Below, in pieces: positions 35,852 to 48,810 of a DNA stretch of 57,611 nt; within the stretch, counting starts at the first letter, position 1; each line of letters starts with the position of its first letter. Source of the DNA: Lutibacter sp. (GTDB taxonomy: Bacteria > Bacteroidota > Bacteroidia > Flavobacteriales > Flavobacteriaceae); assembly GCA_015662775.1 (NCBI GenBank), contig DQTL01000173.1:1-57611 (forward strand), given 5' to 3'. A program made the translations under genes and the position numbers. The notes below the pieces were generated by a model that saw only the letters and a program-made list of their open reading frames with translations, was not told the DNA's origin and searched no databases.

Positions 35852-38800
35852 TTAGTCGTTGTCCATTTCTTGAGTAATCGCATCCATTTCTGATTGTGAT
35901 CCTACAATAAGGTTATTATAATCACGCATTCCTGTACCTGCTGGTATTCTCTTACCTACAATTACATTCTCTTTTAATCCTTCTAAATAATCAATTTTAC
36001 CACTAACAGCTGCCATATTTAATACTTTAGTTGTTTCTTGGAACGATGCCGCAGAGATAAATGATTTAGTCTGTAAAGAAGCTCTTGTGATACCTTGTAC
36101 GACTTGTTCTGCAGTTGCTGGGTTAGCGTCTCTAGCATCAATTAATTCTTTATCTGCTCTACGTAAAATCGAATTAGCATCACGTAATTGACGAGCAGAA
36201 ATTAACTGTCCAACATTAATATCTTTTGAATCACCAGCACTTTCTACTATTTTCATGCCAAATATTCTATCATTTTCTTCGATAAAACTATTTTTATGAG
36301 CCAATTGATTTTCAAGGAATAAAGTATCACCAGAATCGATGATTTTAACTTTACGCATCATTTGACGTACTACTACTTCAAAATGCTTATCGTTAATTTT
36401 CACACCTTGTAAACGATATACCTCTTGGATTTCATTTACTAAGTATTCTTGTAATTTTGATGGTCCTTCAATACGTAAAATATCAGAAGGAGTAACAGCA
36501 CCATCTGACAATGGCATTCCACCTCTTACAAAATCATTTTCTTGAACTAATATCTGATTTGAAAGTTTTACTAGGTATTTTTTAATATCACCTGTTTTAG
36601 TTTCAACGATAATTTCTCTATTACCTCTTTTGATTTTTCCAAAAGAAACAACACCATCTACTTCAGAAACAGTTGCAGGGTTTGATGGATTACGTGCCTC
36701 AAACAACTCGGTTACTCTAGGCAGACCACCTGTAATATCACCTGCTTTTCCAGCAGATCTTGGTATCTTAACTAAGATCATACCAGCAACTACTTCTTCT
36801 TCTTCATCAATAGCTAAATGAGCCCCTACTGGTAAATTGTAATTCCTTAGTACTTCTCCTTTCTTGTCAACAACAAGTAGGGCAGGTATCATTTTCTTAT
36901 TCTTAGATTCTGTAATAATTTTTTCTTTAAACCCTGTTTGTTCATCAATTTCAACTTTGTAGTTGATTCCTCTTTGAATACTTTCAAACTGAACTTTACC
37001 AGAGAATTCTGAAATAATAACACCATTATGCGGATCCCATTGACAAACAATAGCTCCTTTTTTAATAGTTCTTTTCCCTTTAATGAAATATTCAGAACCA
37101 TAAGGGATATTCTTTGTACTTAATACAATACCCGTATTTGAATCGATAATTTTCATCTCAGCAGTTCTAGAGACAACCATATCTTTTTTATCACCAGATT
37201 CCTTATCTACATATTCAATAGTTTTTAACTCTGATACTTCTAATTTTCCATCATATTTAGAAACTACTTTATTTTCTTCAGAAATATTACCCGCAACTCC
37301 ACCAACGTGGAATGTACGTAAGGTAAGCTGTGTACCTGGTTCACCAATAGATTGAGCTGCAATAACACCTACTGCTTCTCCTCTTTGAACCATTTTATTG
37401 GTCGCTAAACTACGTCCATAACATTTGGCACAAATTCCTTTTTTGGCTTCACAAGTTAATGCAGATCTAACCTCAACTGTATCAATTGGAGAATCTGTTA
37501 TTTTTAAGACAACAGGGTCATCAATTAAACCACCAGATTCTACTAGTAACTCTTCAGTTTGAGGATGATATACATCGTGTAGAGAAATTCTACCTAAAAT
37601 ACGTTCACCTAAAGATTCTACAACTTCATCATTCTTTTTTAATGCTGAAACTTCTAAACCACGCAGTGTACCACAATCTTCTTCATTTACAATTACATCT
37701 TGAGATACATCAACTAAACGACGTGTTAAATAACCCGCATCGGCAGTTTTAAGTGCAGTATCGGCAAGTCCTTTACGTGCACCGTGAGTTGAAATAAAGT
37801 ATTCAAGAATCGATAAACCTTCTTTAAAGTTAGAGATAATCGGATTTTCAATAATATCTCCACCACCTGCAGTTGATTTTTTAGGTTTCGCCATTAATCC
37901 ACGCATACCTGTTAACTGACGGATTTGATCTTTAGAACCCCTCGCACCTGAATCAAGCATCATATACACAGAGTTAAATCCTTGTTGATCTTCACGTAAA
38001 CGTTTCATTGACAATTCTGTCAATTCGTTGTTTGCTGCAGTCCAAACATCAATTACTTGGTTGTATCTTTCTTTTGTACTCAATAAACCCCCATCGTGAT
38101 TCATAACAATAGCATCCACTTTTTTACGAGCTGTAGCTACCATAGATTCTTTTTCTTTTGGTATAATAATATCCCCTAAACTAAATGAGAGACCACCTTT
38201 AAAGGCAAATCTATATCCCATTGTTTTTATTTCGTCTAAGAAAGCTCCTGTAGTAGGTATATCAGTTACTTTTAAAATATTACCAATAATATCTCTTAGA
38301 GATTTCTTATTTAATACTTCGTTTATATAACCCGCTTCTTCTGGTACAACTTCATTAAATAGTACACGACCTACTGTAGTTTCAATGATTTTTGTTACTA
38401 CTTCTTTAGCTTCATTTAAATCTTTGGTACGTACTTTAATTCCTGCATTTAATTCAACTACTTTTTCATTAAACGCAATAATAACTTCCTCAGGTGAGTA
38501 GAATGTCATTCCTTCACCTTTCACTTTATAGTCTTTTGTTGATTTACGTTCTTTGGTCATATAGTATAGACCTAAAACCATGTCCTGAGAAGGTACCGTA
38601 ATTGGTGCACCGTTGGCAGGGTTTAATATACTATGTGATGCTAAAAGTAATAATTGTGCTTCAAGAATTGCTTCAGGGCCTAATGGTAAATGGACTGCCA
38701 TTTGATCCCCATCAAAATCTGCATTAAATGCAGTACATGTTAATGGGTGTAATTGTATGGCTTTTCCTTCAATCATTTTAGGTTGGAAAGCTTGTATACC

Positions 38801-40147
38801 TAATCTGTGCAAGGTTGGTGCACGATTTAGTAATACTGGGTGATTTTTAATCACATTTTCTAAAATATCCCAAACAATTGGTTCTTTACGATCAATTATT
38901 TTTTTAGCAGTTTTTACTGTTTTAACAACTCCTCTTTCAATCAGTTTACGAATTACAAAAGGTTTGTATAATTCAGCTGCCATATCTTTAGGAATACCAC
39001 ACTCATGTAATTTTAAGTTTGGTCCTACGACAATAACTGAACGAGCCGAATAATCTACCCTTTTTCCTAAAAGATTTTGACGGAAACGTCCTTGTTTACC
39101 TTTTAATGAATCAGATAAGGATTTTAAAGGTCTGTTATTTCTAGTTTTTACAGCAGATGATTTACGTGTGTTGTCAAATAAAGAATCTGTAGATTCTTGC
39201 AACATACGTTTTTCATTACGTAAAATTACTTCAGGAGCTTTAATCTCCATTAGTCTTTTTAAACGATTATTACGAATTATTACCCTTCTGTATAAATCAT
39301 TTAAATCGGAAGTTGCAAAACGCCCACCATCTAGTGGAACTAACGGACGTAATTCTGGCGGAATCACCGGAATTGCCTTCATAATCATCCATTCTGGTTT
39401 ATTTTCTCTGTTTTTTTGAGAATCACGGAATGCTTCTACTACATTTAAACGTTTTAAGGCTTCAGTTTTACGTTGTTTTGATGTTTCGTTATTTGCTTTA
39501 TGTCTTAAGTCATAAGATAAAGTATCTAAATCAAGTCTTGAAAACAAATCAATTAAACAATCTGCTCCCATTTTTGCAATAAACTTATCAGGATCCGTCT
39601 CTTCTAAATATTGATTTTCTTGCGGAAGTGCTTCCATGATATCCATGTACTCTTCTTCCGTTAAGAAATCCATTTTTTGAATAGGTTCTCCTTCTGCATT
39701 TTTAGCAATACCTGATTGAATAACTACATATCTTTCATAATATATAATCATATCTAACTTTTTAGAAGGTAAACCTAAAAGGTATCCCATTTTGTTAGGC
39801 AATGATTTAAAATACCAAATATGTGCAACAGGTACAACTAAATTTATGTGACCAACGCGATCTCTACGTACTTTTTTCTCAGTAACTTCAACGCCACATT
39901 TATCACAGACAATTCCTTTATAACGAATTCTCTTATATTTTCCACAAGCACATTCATAATCCTTTATAGGACCAAAAATACGTTCACAGAATAAGCCATC
40001 TCTTTCAGGTTTATGTGTACGGTAGTTAATTGTCTCTGGTTTAAGCACCTCACCTCTTGATTCTTTAAGAATCTTTTCAGGAGACATTAGACCAATTGAG
40101 ATTTTATTAAATTTCTTTACGATATATTGTTCGTTTCTTCTTGCCAT
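35852..40147 (-). CDS. rpoC: DNA-directed RNA polymerase subunit beta'
   Basis: Zn finger [23 protein letters not shown], catalytic [12 protein letters not shown], 1431 aa. Confidence 0.99.
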   Translation of the reverse strand: MARRNEQYIVKKFNKISIGLMSPEKILKESRGEVLKPETINYRTHKPERDGLFCERIFGPIKDYECACGKYKRIRYKGIVCDKCGVEVTEKKVRRDRVGHINLVVPVAHIWYFKSLPNKMGYLLGLPSKKLDMIIYYERYVVIQSGIAKNAEGEPIQKMDFLTEEEYMDIMEALPQENQYLEETDPDKFIAKMGADCLIDLFSRLDLDTLSYDLRHKANNETSKQRKTEALKRLNVVEAFRDSQKNRENKPEWMIMKAIPVIPPELRPLVPLDGGRFATSDLNDLYRRVIIRNNRLKRLMEIKAPEVILRNEKRMLQESTDSLFDNTRKSSAVKTRNNRPLKSLSDSLKGKQGRFRQNLLGKRVDYSARSVIVVGPNLKLHECGIPKDMAAELYKPFVIRKLIERGVVKTVKTAKKIIDRKEPIVWDILENVIKNHPVLLNRAPTLHRLGIQAFQPKMIEGKAIQLHPLTCTAFNADFDGDQMAVHLPLGPEAILEAQLLLLASHSILNPANGAPITVPSQDMVLGLYYMTKERKSTKDYKVKGEGMTFYSPEEVIIAFNEKVVELNAGIKVRTKDLNEAKEVVTKIIETTVGRVLFNEVVPEEAGYINEVLNKKSLRDIIGNILKVTDIPTTGAFLDEIKTMGYRFAFKGGLSFSLGDIIIPKEKESMVATARKKVDAIVMNHDGGLLSTKERYNQVIDVWTAANNELTELSMKRLREDQQGFNSVYMMLDSGARGSKDQIRQLTGMRGLMAKPKKSTAGGGDIIENPIISNFKEGLSILEYFISTHGARKGLADTALKTADAGYLTRRLVDVSQDVIVNEEDCGTLRGLEVSALKKNDEVVESLGERILGRISLHDVYHPQTEELLVESGGLIDDPVVLKITDSPIDTVEVRSALTCEAKKGICAKCYGRSLATNKMVQRGEAVGVIAAQSIGEPGTQLTLRTFHVGGVAGNISEENKVVSKYDGKLEVSELKTIEYVDKESGDKKDMVVSRTAEMKIIDSNTGIVLSTKNIPYGSEYFIKGKRTIKKGAIVCQWDPHNGVIISEFSGKVQFESIQRGINYKVEIDEQTGFKEKIITESKNKKMIPALLVVDKKGEVLRNYNLPVGAHLAIDEEEEVVAGMILVKIPRSAGKAGDITGGLPRVTELFEARNPSNPATVSEVDGVVSFGKIKRGNREIIVETKTGDIKKYLVKLSNQILVQENDFVRGGMPLSDGAVTPSDILRIEGPSKLQEYLVNEIQEVYRLQGVKINDKHFEVVVRQMMRKVKIIDSGDTLFLENQLAHKNSFIEENDRIFGMKIVESAGDSKDINVGQLISARQLRDANSILRRADKELIDARDANPATAEQVVQGITRASLQTKSFISAASFQETTKVLNMAAVSGKIDYLEGLKENVIVGKRIPAGTGMRDYNNLIVGSQSEMDAITQEMDND

Positions 40148-40169
40148 TTGTTTTGTCTAATTAATTAGC

Positions 40170-43100
40170 TTATTCATCTAAAGTAACATCTAAACCTAAT
40201 CCTTTCAATTCATGCATTAATACATTGAATGATTCTGGTAAACCTGGTTCAGGCATAGGTTCACCTTTAACAATTGCCTCGTATGTTTTGGCTCTTCCCA
40301 TAACATCATCAGACTTAACTGTTAAGATTTCACGTAAGATACTAGAAGCACCATAGGCTTCAAGTGCCCAAACTTCCATCTCTCCGAAACGTTGACCACC
40401 AAACTGAGCTTTACCACCCAATGGTTGTTGTGTAATCAATGAATAAGGTCCAATAGAACGAGCGTGCATTTTATCTTCAATCATGTGACCTAGTTTGATC
40501 ATATAGATAACACCTACCGTAGCTGGTTGGTCAAAACGTTCACCAGTTCCACCGTCATATAAATAAGTATGTCCGAATCTTGGCACACCTGCTTTATCAG
40601 TTAGTTCGTTAATTTGATCTAAAGATGCCCCATCAAATATTGGTGTTGCATACGTTTGACCTAATTTTTGACCTGCCCATCCTAGTACTGTTTCATATAT
40701 CTGCCCAATATTCATACGAGAAGGTACTCCTAATGGATTCAAAACAATATCAACTGGAGTTCCATCTTCAAGGAATGGTAAATCTTCTTCACGTACAATA
40801 CGTGCAACAATACCCTTATTTCCATGACGACCTGCCATCTTATCACCAACTTTTAATTTACGTTTTTTAGCTACATATACTTTGGCTAATTTTAAGATTC
40901 CTTTTGCGAGTTCATCTCCAACAGATATTGTAAATTTTGCACGTCTTAATGAACCTTGTAAATCGTTTAGTTTTATTTTATAATTGTGTATTAATTCTGA
41001 AACGAGAACATTCAATTCCTTAATAGTAGTCCATGTACCTTTTGTTAAGTGATCAAAATCTTCTACTGTACCTAACATTTTTAAGGTATATTTTTTACCT
41101 TTTGGAAGAATATCTTCTCCTAAATCATTTTGAACACCTTGACAAGTTTTTCCATTTACTAATTTGAATAGTTTGTCAATTAAACGTGTTCTTAAGTCTA
41201 CAAATTTTGTTTCAAATTGTACATCTAATTTTGCGATGTCAACTTTATCCTTAGCTCTTTTCGTTTTGTCTTTTACTGCTATTTGGAAAAGTTTTTTGTC
41301 TACCACTACTCCTCTTAATGAAGGAGAAGCTTTTAATGATGCATCTTTTACATCACCCGCTTTATCACCAAAGATTGCACGTAAAAGTTTTTCTTCTGGA
41401 GTTGGATCAGATTCACCTTTTGGTGTGATTTTTCCGATAAGAATATCACCAGGTTTCACTTCTACACCAATACGAATCATTCCGTTTTCATCAAGATCTT
41501 TTGTAGCCTCTTCACTTACGTTTGGAATGTCGTTAGTTAACTCTTCAGTACCTAACTTAGTATCACGTACATTTAGTGAATATTCATCTATATGAATAGA
41601 GGTGAAAATATCTTCACGCACTACTCTTTCTGAAATTACAATTGCATCCTCAAAGTTAAAACCTTTCCAAGGCATGAAGGCTACTTTCATATTACGTCCA
41701 AGGGCTAATTCACCATTTTCGGTTGCATAACCTTCACAGAGAACCTGTCCTTTTTTAACTCTATCACCTTTTTTAACAATAGGCTTTAAGTTAATGATAG
41801 TACTTTGATTGGTTTTTCTAAATTTTGTCAATTTATAAGTTACCTCATCTGGATCGAAACTGACGGATCTAATATCGTCTGATCTATCGTACTTAATCGT
41901 TATTTTTTCTGCATCTACATATTCAACGACACCTTTACCTTCTGCATTAATTAAAATACGTGAATCTTGAGCAACACGTCTTTCTAAACCTGTTCCTACA
42001 ATAGGAGCTTCTGGTTTTAAAAGTGGTACTGCCTGACGCATCATGTTTGATCCCATCAATGCTCTATTCGCATCATCATGTTCCAAGAAAGGAACTAACG
42101 AAGCAGATATAGATGCTATTTGATTAGGAGAGACATCCATGAAATTTATATCTTCTGGTGCAACAATAGGAAAATCACCCTCTTGTCTAGCCGTTATTCT
42201 AGAATCAACAAATTTATTATTAGCATCAATCAGTAAATTAGATTGTGCAATATTCATTTCTTCTTCTTCCTCTGCACTTAAATAGGTTGGTTCATCTGTT
42301 ATATTTACAACACCATCAACCACTTTTCTATATGGGGTTTCTATAAAACCTAGATAATTCACTTTTGCATAAACCGCAAGAGATGAAATCAAACCAATGT
42401 TTGGTCCCTCTGGAGTCTCAATTGGGCATAATCTTCCGTAGTGTGTAAAGTGTACATCACGCACCTCAAATCCTGCTCTTTCTCTTGATAAACCACCTGG
42501 TCCAAGTGCCGATAAACGACGTTTGTGAGTAATCTCAGCAATTGGATTGGTTTGATCCATGAACTGAGATAATTGGTTTGTTCCAAAGAATGAATTAATT
42601 ACAGATGAAAGTGTTTTTGCATTGATCAAATCAATTGGTGTAAACACCTCATTGTCACGCACATTCATTCTTTCTCTGATGGTACGAGCCATTCTTGATA
42701 AACCAACACCAAATTGGTTTGCTAATTGTTCTCCAACAGTTCTAACACGACGATTAGAAAGGTGGTCAATATCATCAACCTCAGCTTTAGAATTAATTAA
42801 CTCGATAAGGTATTTGATAATTGTAGTAATATCTAACTTAGTTAATACTCTTTCATCGATACCAACATCTAGTTGCAATTTTTTATTCATTCTATAACGA
42901 CCTACCTCACCTAAGTTGTAACGTTGTTCCGAGAAGAATAATTTATCAATAATTCCTTTAGCTGTTTCGTAATCTGGCGGTTCAGCATTACGTAATTGCC
43001 TGTATATATGTTCAACTGCTTCTACTTCAGAGTTTGTTGGATCTTTTTGCAATGTATTGTGAATAATTGCATAATCACCTTCTGAAGCATCTTCTTTATG

Positions 43101-43988
43101 TAAAAGAATTGTTTTAGAACCCGAATCAATAATTTCTTCAATATGTTCTTTTTCTAATATAGTATCTCGATCGAAAATAATTTCATTACGTTCAATAGAT
43201 ACAACTTCACCAGTATCTTCATCAACAAAATCTTCAAACCAAGTTTTAAGAATTCTTGCGGCAGTTTTTCTACCTAAGACTCTTTTTAAACCAGCTTTAG
43301 AAACTTTTATCTCTTCTGCGAGGTCAAATATTTCTAATATATCTTTATCACGTTCAAATCCGATTGCACGGAAAAGTGTTGTGACTGGTAATTTTTTCTT
43401 ACGATCAATATACGCGTACATGACGTGGTTAATGTCTGTTGCAAATTCAATCCATGAACCTTTAAAAGGTATTACTCTTGCAGAGTAAAGTTTAGTTCCA
43501 TTAGCATGGAACGATTGTCCAAAGAATACACCAGGTGAACGGTGTAACTGAGAAACGATGACACGTTCAGCTCCGTTGATTACAAAAGAGCCACTTTCTG
43601 TCATATAAGGTATTGCACCTAAATATACATCTTGAACAACGGTTTCAAAATCTTCGTGTTCAGGATCAGTACAATAAAGTTTTAATCGTGCCTTAAGAGG
43701 CACACTGTAAGTTAAACCTCTTTCAATACATTCTCGTATTGTATAACGTGGAGGATCAACAAAATAATCTAAAAATTCTAATACAAACTGATTACGTGTA
43801 TCGGTAATAGGGAATATTTCCGAAAAGGTTTTATATAAACCTTCGTTATCACGTTCTTCTGCTTTTGTTTGTAGTTGGAAAAAATCCTGAAATGATTTTA
43901 CTTGAATGTCAAGAAAATCAGGATATTCGGTTGTTAATTGTGCAGATGCAAAATTAATTCTTTCAGTTGCTGTAAGAGTTGCTGCCAA
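40170..43988 (-). CDS. rpoB: DNA-directed RNA polymerase subunit beta
   Basis: Rif-region [44 protein letters not shown]; 1272 aa; apparent TTG start. Confidence 0.99.
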   Translation of the reverse strand: MAATLTATERINFASAQLTTEYPDFLDIQVKSFQDFFQLQTKAEERDNEGLYKTFSEIFPITDTRNQFVLEFLDYFVDPPRYTIRECIERGLTYSVPLKARLKLYCTDPEHEDFETVVQDVYLGAIPYMTESGSFVINGAERVIVSQLHRSPGVFFGQSFHANGTKLYSARVIPFKGSWIEFATDINHVMYAYIDRKKKLPVTTLFRAIGFERDKDILEIFDLAEEIKVSKAGLKRVLGRKTAARILKTWFEDFVDEDTGEVVSIERNEIIFDRDTILEKEHIEEIIDSGSKTILLHKEDASEGDYAIIHNTLQKDPTNSEVEAVEHIYRQLRNAEPPDYETAKGIIDKLFFSEQRYNLGEVGRYRMNKKLQLDVGIDERVLTKLDITTIIKYLIELINSKAEVDDIDHLSNRRVRTVGEQLANQFGVGLSRMARTIRERMNVRDNEVFTPIDLINAKTLSSVINSFFGTNQLSQFMDQTNPIAEITHKRRLSALGPGGLSRERAGFEVRDVHFTHYGRLCPIETPEGPNIGLISSLAVYAKVNYLGFIETPYRKVVDGVVNITDEPTYLSAEEEEEMNIAQSNLLIDANNKFVDSRITARQEGDFPIVAPEDINFMDVSPNQIASISASLVPFLEHDDANRALMGSNMMRQAVPLLKPEAPIVGTGLERRVAQDSRILINAEGKGVVEYVDAEKITIKYDRSDDIRSVSFDPDEVTYKLTKFRKTNQSTIINLKPIVKKGDRVKKGQVLCEGYATENGELALGRNMKVAFMPWKGFNFEDAIVISERVVREDIFTSIHIDEYSLNVRDTKLGTEELTNDIPNVSEEATKDLDENGMIRIGVEVKPGDILIGKITPKGESDPTPEEKLLRAIFGDKAGDVKDASLKASPSLRGVVVDKKLFQIAVKDKTKRAKDKVDIAKLDVQFETKFVDLRTRLIDKLFKLVNGKTCQGVQNDLGEDILPKGKKYTLKMLGTVEDFDHLTKGTWTTIKELNVLVSELIHNYKIKLNDLQGSLRRAKFTISVGDELAKGILKLAKVYVAKKRKLKVGDKMAGRHGNKGIVARIVREEDLPFLEDGTPVDIVLNPLGVPSRMNIGQIYETVLGWAGQKLGQTYATPIFDGASLDQINELTDKAGVPRFGHTYLYDGGTGERFDQPATVGVIYMIKLGHMIEDKMHARSIGPYSLITQQPLGGKAQFGGQRFGEMEVWALEAYGASSILREILTVKSDDVMGRAKTYEAIVKGEPMPEPGLPESFNVLMHELKGLGLDVTLDE

Positions 43989-44033
43989 TGTGAAATAGTT
44001 TTAATTAGAAAAGAACGAATATATACGCAAAAT

Positions 44034-44071
44034 GGTTTAGGTCAAAACGCTTATACGTAATGACCTAAACC
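44034..44071 (-). terminator. rplL-rpoB intergenic attenuator hairpin
   Basis: Perfect 11-bp stem GGTTTAGGTCA / TGACCTAAACC with a 16-nt loop. The minus-strand RNA is followed by AUUUUG. Confidence 0.6.
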
Positions 44072-44095
44072 TTTACTATTTAGGGTAAGAAAAGC

Positions 44096-44470
44096 TTATT
44101 TAAGCTCTACTTCTGCTCCTGCTTCTTCTAAAGATTTTTTCAAGCCTTCTGCTTCATCTTTAGTTACACCTTCTTTGATTGGTGCTGGTGCACTATCAAC
44201 AACTCCTTTAGCTTCTTTTAAGCCAAGACCCGTTAATTCTTTAACCAATTTAACTACAGCTAGTTTTGATTGTCCTGCTGCAGTAAGGATTACGTCAAAC
44301 TCAGTTTGCTCTTCTTCTCCTCCAGCTTCTCCACCAGCGGCTGGTCCTGCTACAACTGCTGCTGCAGCTGGCTCAATACCATATTCTTCTTTTAAGATAC
44401 TTGCCAACTCATTTACGTCTTTTACCGTAAGATTGACTAATTTTTCTGCGAAATCTTTTAAATCTGCCAT
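44096..44470 (-). CDS. rplL: 50S ribosomal protein L7/L12
   Basis: Ala/Gly/Glu hinge followed by [24 protein letters not shown]. Confidence 0.98.
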   Translation of the reverse strand: MADLKDFAEKLVNLTVKDVNELASILKEEYGIEPAAAAVVAGPAAGGEAGGEEEQTEFDVILTAAGQSKLAVVKLVKELTGLGLKEAKGVVDSAPAPIKEGVTKDEAEGLKKSLEEAGAEVELK

Positions 44471-44546
44471 TATTCTTAGTTTTAAAATTTTGTTTATTAG
44501 TTTATTTAGTGTGTGTATTATTAATTAGAGTCAAATAGTATTACAA

Positions 44547-45077
44547 TTATTTTTCCTCTTTTTCAGATAAAGTTTTTAAGATACCTGCTATTTTACCTCC
44601 ACCTGACTGTAATGCTGATATAACATTTTTGGCTGGTGATTGTAATATACCGATAATCTCTCCGATAAGTTCTTCTTTAGATTTGATACTAACTAGTGCA
44701 TCTAGTTGGTCATCTCCTACAAAAACTGCTTCTTCAATAAAAGCTCCTTTTAATAAGGGTTTTTCTTGCTTTGCTTTTTTACGGAATTCTTTTATCACTT
44801 TGGCAGGTGCATTACCTGTTTCAGAAATCATTAAAGAAGTATTTCCTTTTAATGTATCTGACAATTCTCCAAAGTCTTTATCTGATTTCTCCATTGCTTT
44901 TGCAAGCAAGGTGTTCTTTACAACCGAAAGTTTAACATTTTTCTTAAAACATGCTCTTCTTAAATCGGAAGTGTTTGAAGCATCTAAACCTGAAATGTCT
45001 GCTAAATATATGATATTATTATCAGTCAAAACAGCTGTCAAATTTTCAATTACTTGTGATTTTTCTTCTCTTGTCAT
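44547..45077 (-). CDS. rplJ: 50S ribosomal protein L10
   Basis: Position between rplA and rplL; MTREEKSQVIENL N-terminus; 176 aa. Confidence 0.95.
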   Translation of the reverse strand: MTREEKSQVIENLTAVLTDNNIIYLADISGLDASNTSDLRRACFKKNVKLSVVKNTLLAKAMEKSDKDFGELSDTLKGNTSLMISETGNAPAKVIKEFRKKAKQEKPLLKGAFIEEAVFVGDDQLDALVSIKSKEELIGEIIGILQSPAKNVISALQSGGGKIAGILKTLSEKEEK

Positions 45078-45087
45078 TTGAATAAAT

Positions 45088-45780
45088 TTAACTTAGTGAC
45101 TTAATACTAATACCAATACTTGGGCTCATGGTACTGGCTATGAAAACACTTTTCATATAGTCACCTTTTGCCGTAGCTGGTTTTAATTTAATAATCGTTT
45201 GTAATAATTCTTTTGCATTTTCTGCAATTTTTTTAGCGTCAAAGGAAACTTTGCCAATTCCTGCATGAATAATACCAGTTTTATCAACTTTAAAGTCGAT
45301 TTTACCTGATTTTACAGCAGCTACTGCTTTACCAATTTCCATTGTTACTGTACCTGTTTTTGGGTTTGGCATTAATCCTCTAGGCCCTAAAATTCTACCT
45401 AAAGGTCCTAATTTACCCATAACGCTAGGCATTGTAACGATAACGTCAACGTCTGTCCAACCTCCTTTAATCTTAGTGAGGTATTCATCTAATCCAACAA
45501 AGTCAGCACCTGCTTCTTTAGCTTCTGCTTCTTTATCTGGAGTAACTATTGCTAATATTTTAACATCTTTACCTGTACCGTGTGGTAAGGTAACTACACC
45601 CCTTACTAATTGATCAGCTTTTCTTGGATCAACTGCTAATCTTACTGCCAAATCTACTGTGGCATCAAAATTAGTACTTGTTATATCCTTTAAAACTTTA
45701 GCTGCATCATCTAATGAGTATAATTGAGTATTATCAAGTTTAGAATAAGCTACTTTTTGTTTTTTAGTTAATTTTGCCAT
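45088..45780 (-). CDS. rplA: 50S ribosomal protein L1
   Basis: [34 protein letters not shown]; 230 aa. Confidence 0.98.
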   Translation of the reverse strand: MAKLTKKQKVAYSKLDNTQLYSLDDAAKVLKDITSTNFDATVDLAVRLAVDPRKADQLVRGVVTLPHGTGKDVKILAIVTPDKEAEAKEAGADFVGLDEYLTKIKGGWTDVDVIVTMPSVMGKLGPLGRILGPRGLMPNPKTGTVTMEIGKAVAAVKSGKIDFKVDKTGIIHAGIGKVSFDAKKIAENAKELLQTIIKLKPATAKGDYMKSVFIASTMSPSIGISIKSLS

Positions 45781-45804
45781 TGTTAAATAACGTTTAAAAT
45801 TAAA

Positions 45805-46242
45805 TTAAAAAGGAGCTTTTCCTTTTACTTTTACACCCATAGAACGTGCTGTACCTGCCATCATTTTCATAGCTGACTCAACGGTAAATGCATTTAAATC
45901 TACCATCTTGCCTTCAGCAATTGTTCTCAATTGATCCCAAGTAACTGTTGCTACTTTGACTCTATTTGGTTCACCTGAACCTTTCTTTAGTTTTGCTGCT
46001 TCTAATATTTGGACAGCTGCAGGTGGTGTTTTTACAACAAAATCAAATGATTTGTCTTTATACACAGTAATTACCACTGGTAATACTTTCCCTTGCTTGT
46101 CTTGAGTTCTAGCATTAAACTGCTTACAGAACTCCATAATATTAACACCAGCAGCACCTAAAGCTGGACCTACAGGTGGCGAAGGATTTGCGGCTCCTCC
46201 ACGTACTTGTAATTTTACAACTTTACCGACTTCTTTTGCCAT
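45805..46242 (-). CDS. rplK: 50S ribosomal protein L11
   Basis: [34 protein letters not shown]. Confidence 0.98.
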   Translation of the reverse strand: MAKEVGKVVKLQVRGGAANPSPPVGPALGAAGVNIMEFCKQFNARTQDKQGKVLPVVITVYKDKSFDFVVKTPPAAVQILEAAKLKKGSGEPNRVKVATVTWDQLRTIAEGKMVDLNAFTVESAMKMMAGTARSMGVKVKGKAPF

Positions 46243-46319
46243 TTATATTAATTATAAAAGTTATGATTCTTTCTCTATTTTGGAAGCTAAGAGATTAAAT
46301 CTTACTTGTGTAACACTTA

Positions 46320-46868
46320 TTAAATTTTTTCAACTTGCATATAACTTAGTTCTAATGGTGTTTTTCTTCCGAAAATTTTAACCATTACCTCAAGCTTACG
46401 TTTTTCTTCATGTATTTTTTCGATAGTACCTTCAAATCCATTGAAAGCTCCATCAATAACTTTAACAGATTCTCCTTCAATGAAAGGTATCATTACATTT
46501 TCATTAGCTACAGCTAACTCATCAACCTTCCCTAACATTCTGTTAATTTCAGCTTGTCTTAAAGGAACAGGATCTCCTCCTTTAACTTCACCTAACATAC
46601 CTATAACTCCAGGAATTGCTCTAATTATATGAGGAATTTCTCCACTTAAATTAGCTTCTATCATCACATATCCAGGAAAATACACACGTTCTTTATTATA
46701 TTTTTTTCCATTTCGAATTTGAATTACTTTTTCAGTTGGAACTAAAACAGTTTCGATATAGTCAGAAATATTAAGACGTGTAATTTCATTGATAAGGTAA
46801 TCTTTCACCTTATTCTCTTGACCTCCTACAGCCTTTACTACATACCATTTTTTTACGAAATCAGACAT
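46320..46868 (-). CDS. nusG: transcription termination/antitermination factor NusG
   Basis: KWYVVKAVGGQENKV NGN domain, C-terminal KOW (GESVKVIDGAFNGFEGTIEKI). Confidence 0.97.
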   Translation of the reverse strand: MSDFVKKWYVVKAVGGQENKVKDYLINEITRLNISDYIETVLVPTEKVIQIRNGKKYNKERVYFPGYVMIEANLSGEIPHIIRAIPGVIGMLGEVKGGDPVPLRQAEINRMLGKVDELAVANENVMIPFIEGESVKVIDGAFNGFEGTIEKIHEEKRKLEVMVKIFGRKTPLELSYMQVEKI

Positions 46869-46876
46869 AGGTTGAT

Positions 46877-47065
46877 TTAAAATATTTGGAATAATTGTTT
46901 CAGTAAAGTTTGGAATACTTTATCAACTCCAAATACAGCCAAAGCAAATAATACAGTAAATAAGGCTACAACAGCAGTAGATTTTTGAGCTTCTTCCCAA
47001 GAAATCCATGTCATGTTCTCTTTTAGTTCTCTAAACGATTCTTTAACGTAGGTTAGTAATTGCAT
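46877..47065 (-). CDS. secE: preprotein translocase subunit SecE
   Basis: 62 aa with a single C-terminal TM segment; the KV.WISWEEA-type motif (KENMTWISWEEAQKST); sits directly upstream of nusG. Confidence 0.9.
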   Translation of the reverse strand: MQLLTYVKESFRELKENMTWISWEEAQKSTAVVALFTVLFALAVFGVDKVFQTLLKQLFQIF

Positions 47066-47125
47066 TGGTTTCTATTTTTTTGATTTAAAAATCAGTTTAT
47101 CAATTTTGTACATACAGAGAAACTC

Positions 47126-47163
47126 ACTTCGACTCGTTCCTCGCTCAGCATAAACTTCTCGCC
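47126..47163. repeat. short interspersed repeat, copy 1 (ACTTCGACTC-N7-CGCTCRGCATAAAC...TTCTCGC)
   Basis: 26/30 identical to 48811-48840, and the terminal TTCTCGCC matches 48866-48873. Lies just 3' of tRNA-Trp. Confidence 0.7.
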
Positions 47164-47223
47164 TTGAAATTCTATCATTGTTATCAAATTCCTTTCTTTT
47201 CCCAAATCTTCCTTTTCATATCG

Positions 47224-47296
47224 CACGGGCAGAGAGGCTCGAACTCCCGACACCTAGTTTTGGAGACTAGTGCTCTACCAACTGAGCTATGCCCGT
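47224..47296 (-). tRNA. trnW: tRNA-Trp (anticodon CCA)
   Basis: Cloverleaf read by hand: acceptor ACGGGCA/TGCCCGT, D-arm GCTCAGTTGGTAGAGC, anticodon loop CTCCAAA, T-arm GGGAGTTCGAGCCTCTC. Confidence 0.92.
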
Positions 47297-47340
47297 AAAA
47301 AATACATCTTTTTAAAAAACATATTTTATTTACAACACAA

Positions 47341-47364
47341 GGTATCCTGAAAAAACAGGACACC
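47341..47364 (-). terminator. hairpin between tuf and tRNA-Trp (terminator or processing signal)
   Basis: Minus-strand GGUGUCCUG-UUUUUU-CAGGAUACC, 9 bp with one G-U pair. The following U-tract is weak (UUGUGUUG). Confidence 0.45.
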
Positions 47365-47391
47365 TTTATATTGTTTATACTTGCGTTTAGC

Positions 47392-48576
47392 CTACATCAT
47401 TTCAGTTACCTGACCTGCACCTACTGTTCTACCACCTTCACGGATAGCGAAACGTAAACCTACATTTAAGGCAATTTCTTGGTGTAATTCCACTGAGATA
47501 GTTAAGTTGTCTCCTGGCATTACCATTTCAACACCATCAGGTAACATAATTGTTCCTGTTACGTCAGTGGTTCTTACGTAGAACTGTGGACGGTAGTTGT
47601 TATGAAATGGTGTATGACGACCACCTTCTTCTTTTTTAAGGATATATACCTCTGCTTTAAATTTAGCATGAGGAGTTACAGAACCTGGTTTACAAAGAAC
47701 CATACCTCTACTAACTTGATTTTTATCAATACCTCTTAATAAAAGACCTACATTATCACCAGCTTCACCTCTATCTAATATTTTACGGAACATTTCAACT
47801 CCAGTAACGGTTGATTTTAATTTTTCAGCTCCCATACCGATAATATCAATTGCATCACCTGTTAAAGCAATACCTGCTTCGATACGACCTGTAGCAACAG
47901 TACCACGACCTGTAATCGTAAATACATCTTCAACTGGCATTAAGAAATCTTTATCAATATCTCTTTCAGGTAATTTGATCCATTCATCAACGGCATCCAT
48001 CAATTCCATAATCTTATCTTCCCATTGTGCTTCACCGTTCATCGCACCTAAAGCTGAACCTGCAATTACTGGTGTATTATCACCATCGTAATCGTAGAAA
48101 GAAAGCAATTCTCTTACTTCCATATCAACTAATTCTAATAATTCTTCATCATCAACTAAATCTACTTTGTTTAAGAAAACAACCATACTTGGAATACCAA
48201 CTTGTCTTCCTAATAAGATATGCTCTCTTGTTTGTGGCATAGGACCATCAGTTGCTGCAACCACTAAAATTGCACCATCCATTTGAGCAGCACCAGTTAC
48301 CATATTTTTCACGTAATCCGCGTGACCTGGACAGTCAACGTGTGCATAGTGACGATTTGCAGTTTGGTACTCAACGTGAGCTGTGTTAATTGTAATACCT
48401 CTTTCTTTTTCCTCTGGGGCATTATCAATTTGATCAAAGTCCATTATTTCAGACAGACCTCTTTTTGCCAATACCATTGTTATGGCAGCGGTCAAAGTTG
48501 TTTTTCCGTGATCTACGTGTCCAATAGTACCTATGTTTAAGTGCGGTTTGGACCGATCAAAAGTTTCTTTAGCCAT
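47392..48576 (-). CDS. tuf: elongation factor Tu
   Basis: [24 protein letters not shown] motifs; 394 aa. Confidence 0.99.
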   Translation of the reverse strand: MAKETFDRSKPHLNIGTIGHVDHGKTTLTAAITMVLAKRGLSEIMDFDQIDNAPEEKERGITINTAHVEYQTANRHYAHVDCPGHADYVKNMVTGAAQMDGAILVVAATDGPMPQTREHILLGRQVGIPSMVVFLNKVDLVDDEELLELVDMEVRELLSFYDYDGDNTPVIAGSALGAMNGEAQWEDKIMELMDAVDEWIKLPERDIDKDFLMPVEDVFTITGRGTVATGRIEAGIALTGDAIDIIGMGAEKLKSTVTGVEMFRKILDRGEAGDNVGLLLRGIDKNQVSRGMVLCKPGSVTPHAKFKAEVYILKKEEGGRHTPFHNNYRPQFYVRTTDVTGTIMLPDGVEMVMPGDNLTISVELHQEIALNVGLRFAIREGGRTVGAGQVTEMM

Positions 48577-48649
48577 AATTGCTTGTTTTACTTAGTTTAT
48601 ATTAGTGTTAATCTTAAAATTCTAATTCTATTCTTCTTCTTCGCTATTG

Positions 48650-48722
48650 AGCCAACGACGGGACTTGAACCCGTGACCCCATCCTTACCATGGATGTGCT
48701 CTACCAACTGAGCTACGTCGGC
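48650..48722 (-). tRNA. trnT: tRNA-Thr (anticodon GGT)
   Basis: Acceptor GCCGACG/CGTTGGC, anticodon stem CATCC/GGATG with loop ATGGTAA, T-loop GGGTTCAAGTCCC. Confidence 0.92.
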
Positions 48723-48792
48723 GAGTTTTAACAAACGAAAACACTTATACGTATAAACCTTTTACATATAAGTCCTTTTATTTGAAAAAATT

Positions 48793-48809
48793 GAGCAAGA
48801 GACCGGGCT
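48793..48809 (-). other. orphan duplicate of the tRNA-Gly 3' end (16/17 nt)
   Basis: gagcAagagaccgggct versus gagcGagagaccgggct at 48928-48944. It lies 118 nt downstream of the intact tRNA in the tRNA orientation. Confidence 0.7.
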
Positions 48810-48810
48810 T

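Noticed and set aside
44175-45081. Long antisense ORFs opposite rplL and rplJ (44175..44528, 117 aa; 44629..45081, 150 aa). The same pattern recurs at 41164..41595 (opposite rpoB), 5708..6034 (opposite the PPIase), 55619..56023 and 56213..56896 (opposite the giant gene), 25283..25951 (opposite ccoG), and elsewhere.
   Set aside because: Each lies entirely inside a strongly conserved gene on the other strand. Their translations are S/T/F/I/L-rich and low in complexity, with no recognisable motif. They have no promoter box or plausible start context. They are the expected by-product of stop-poor antisense frames.
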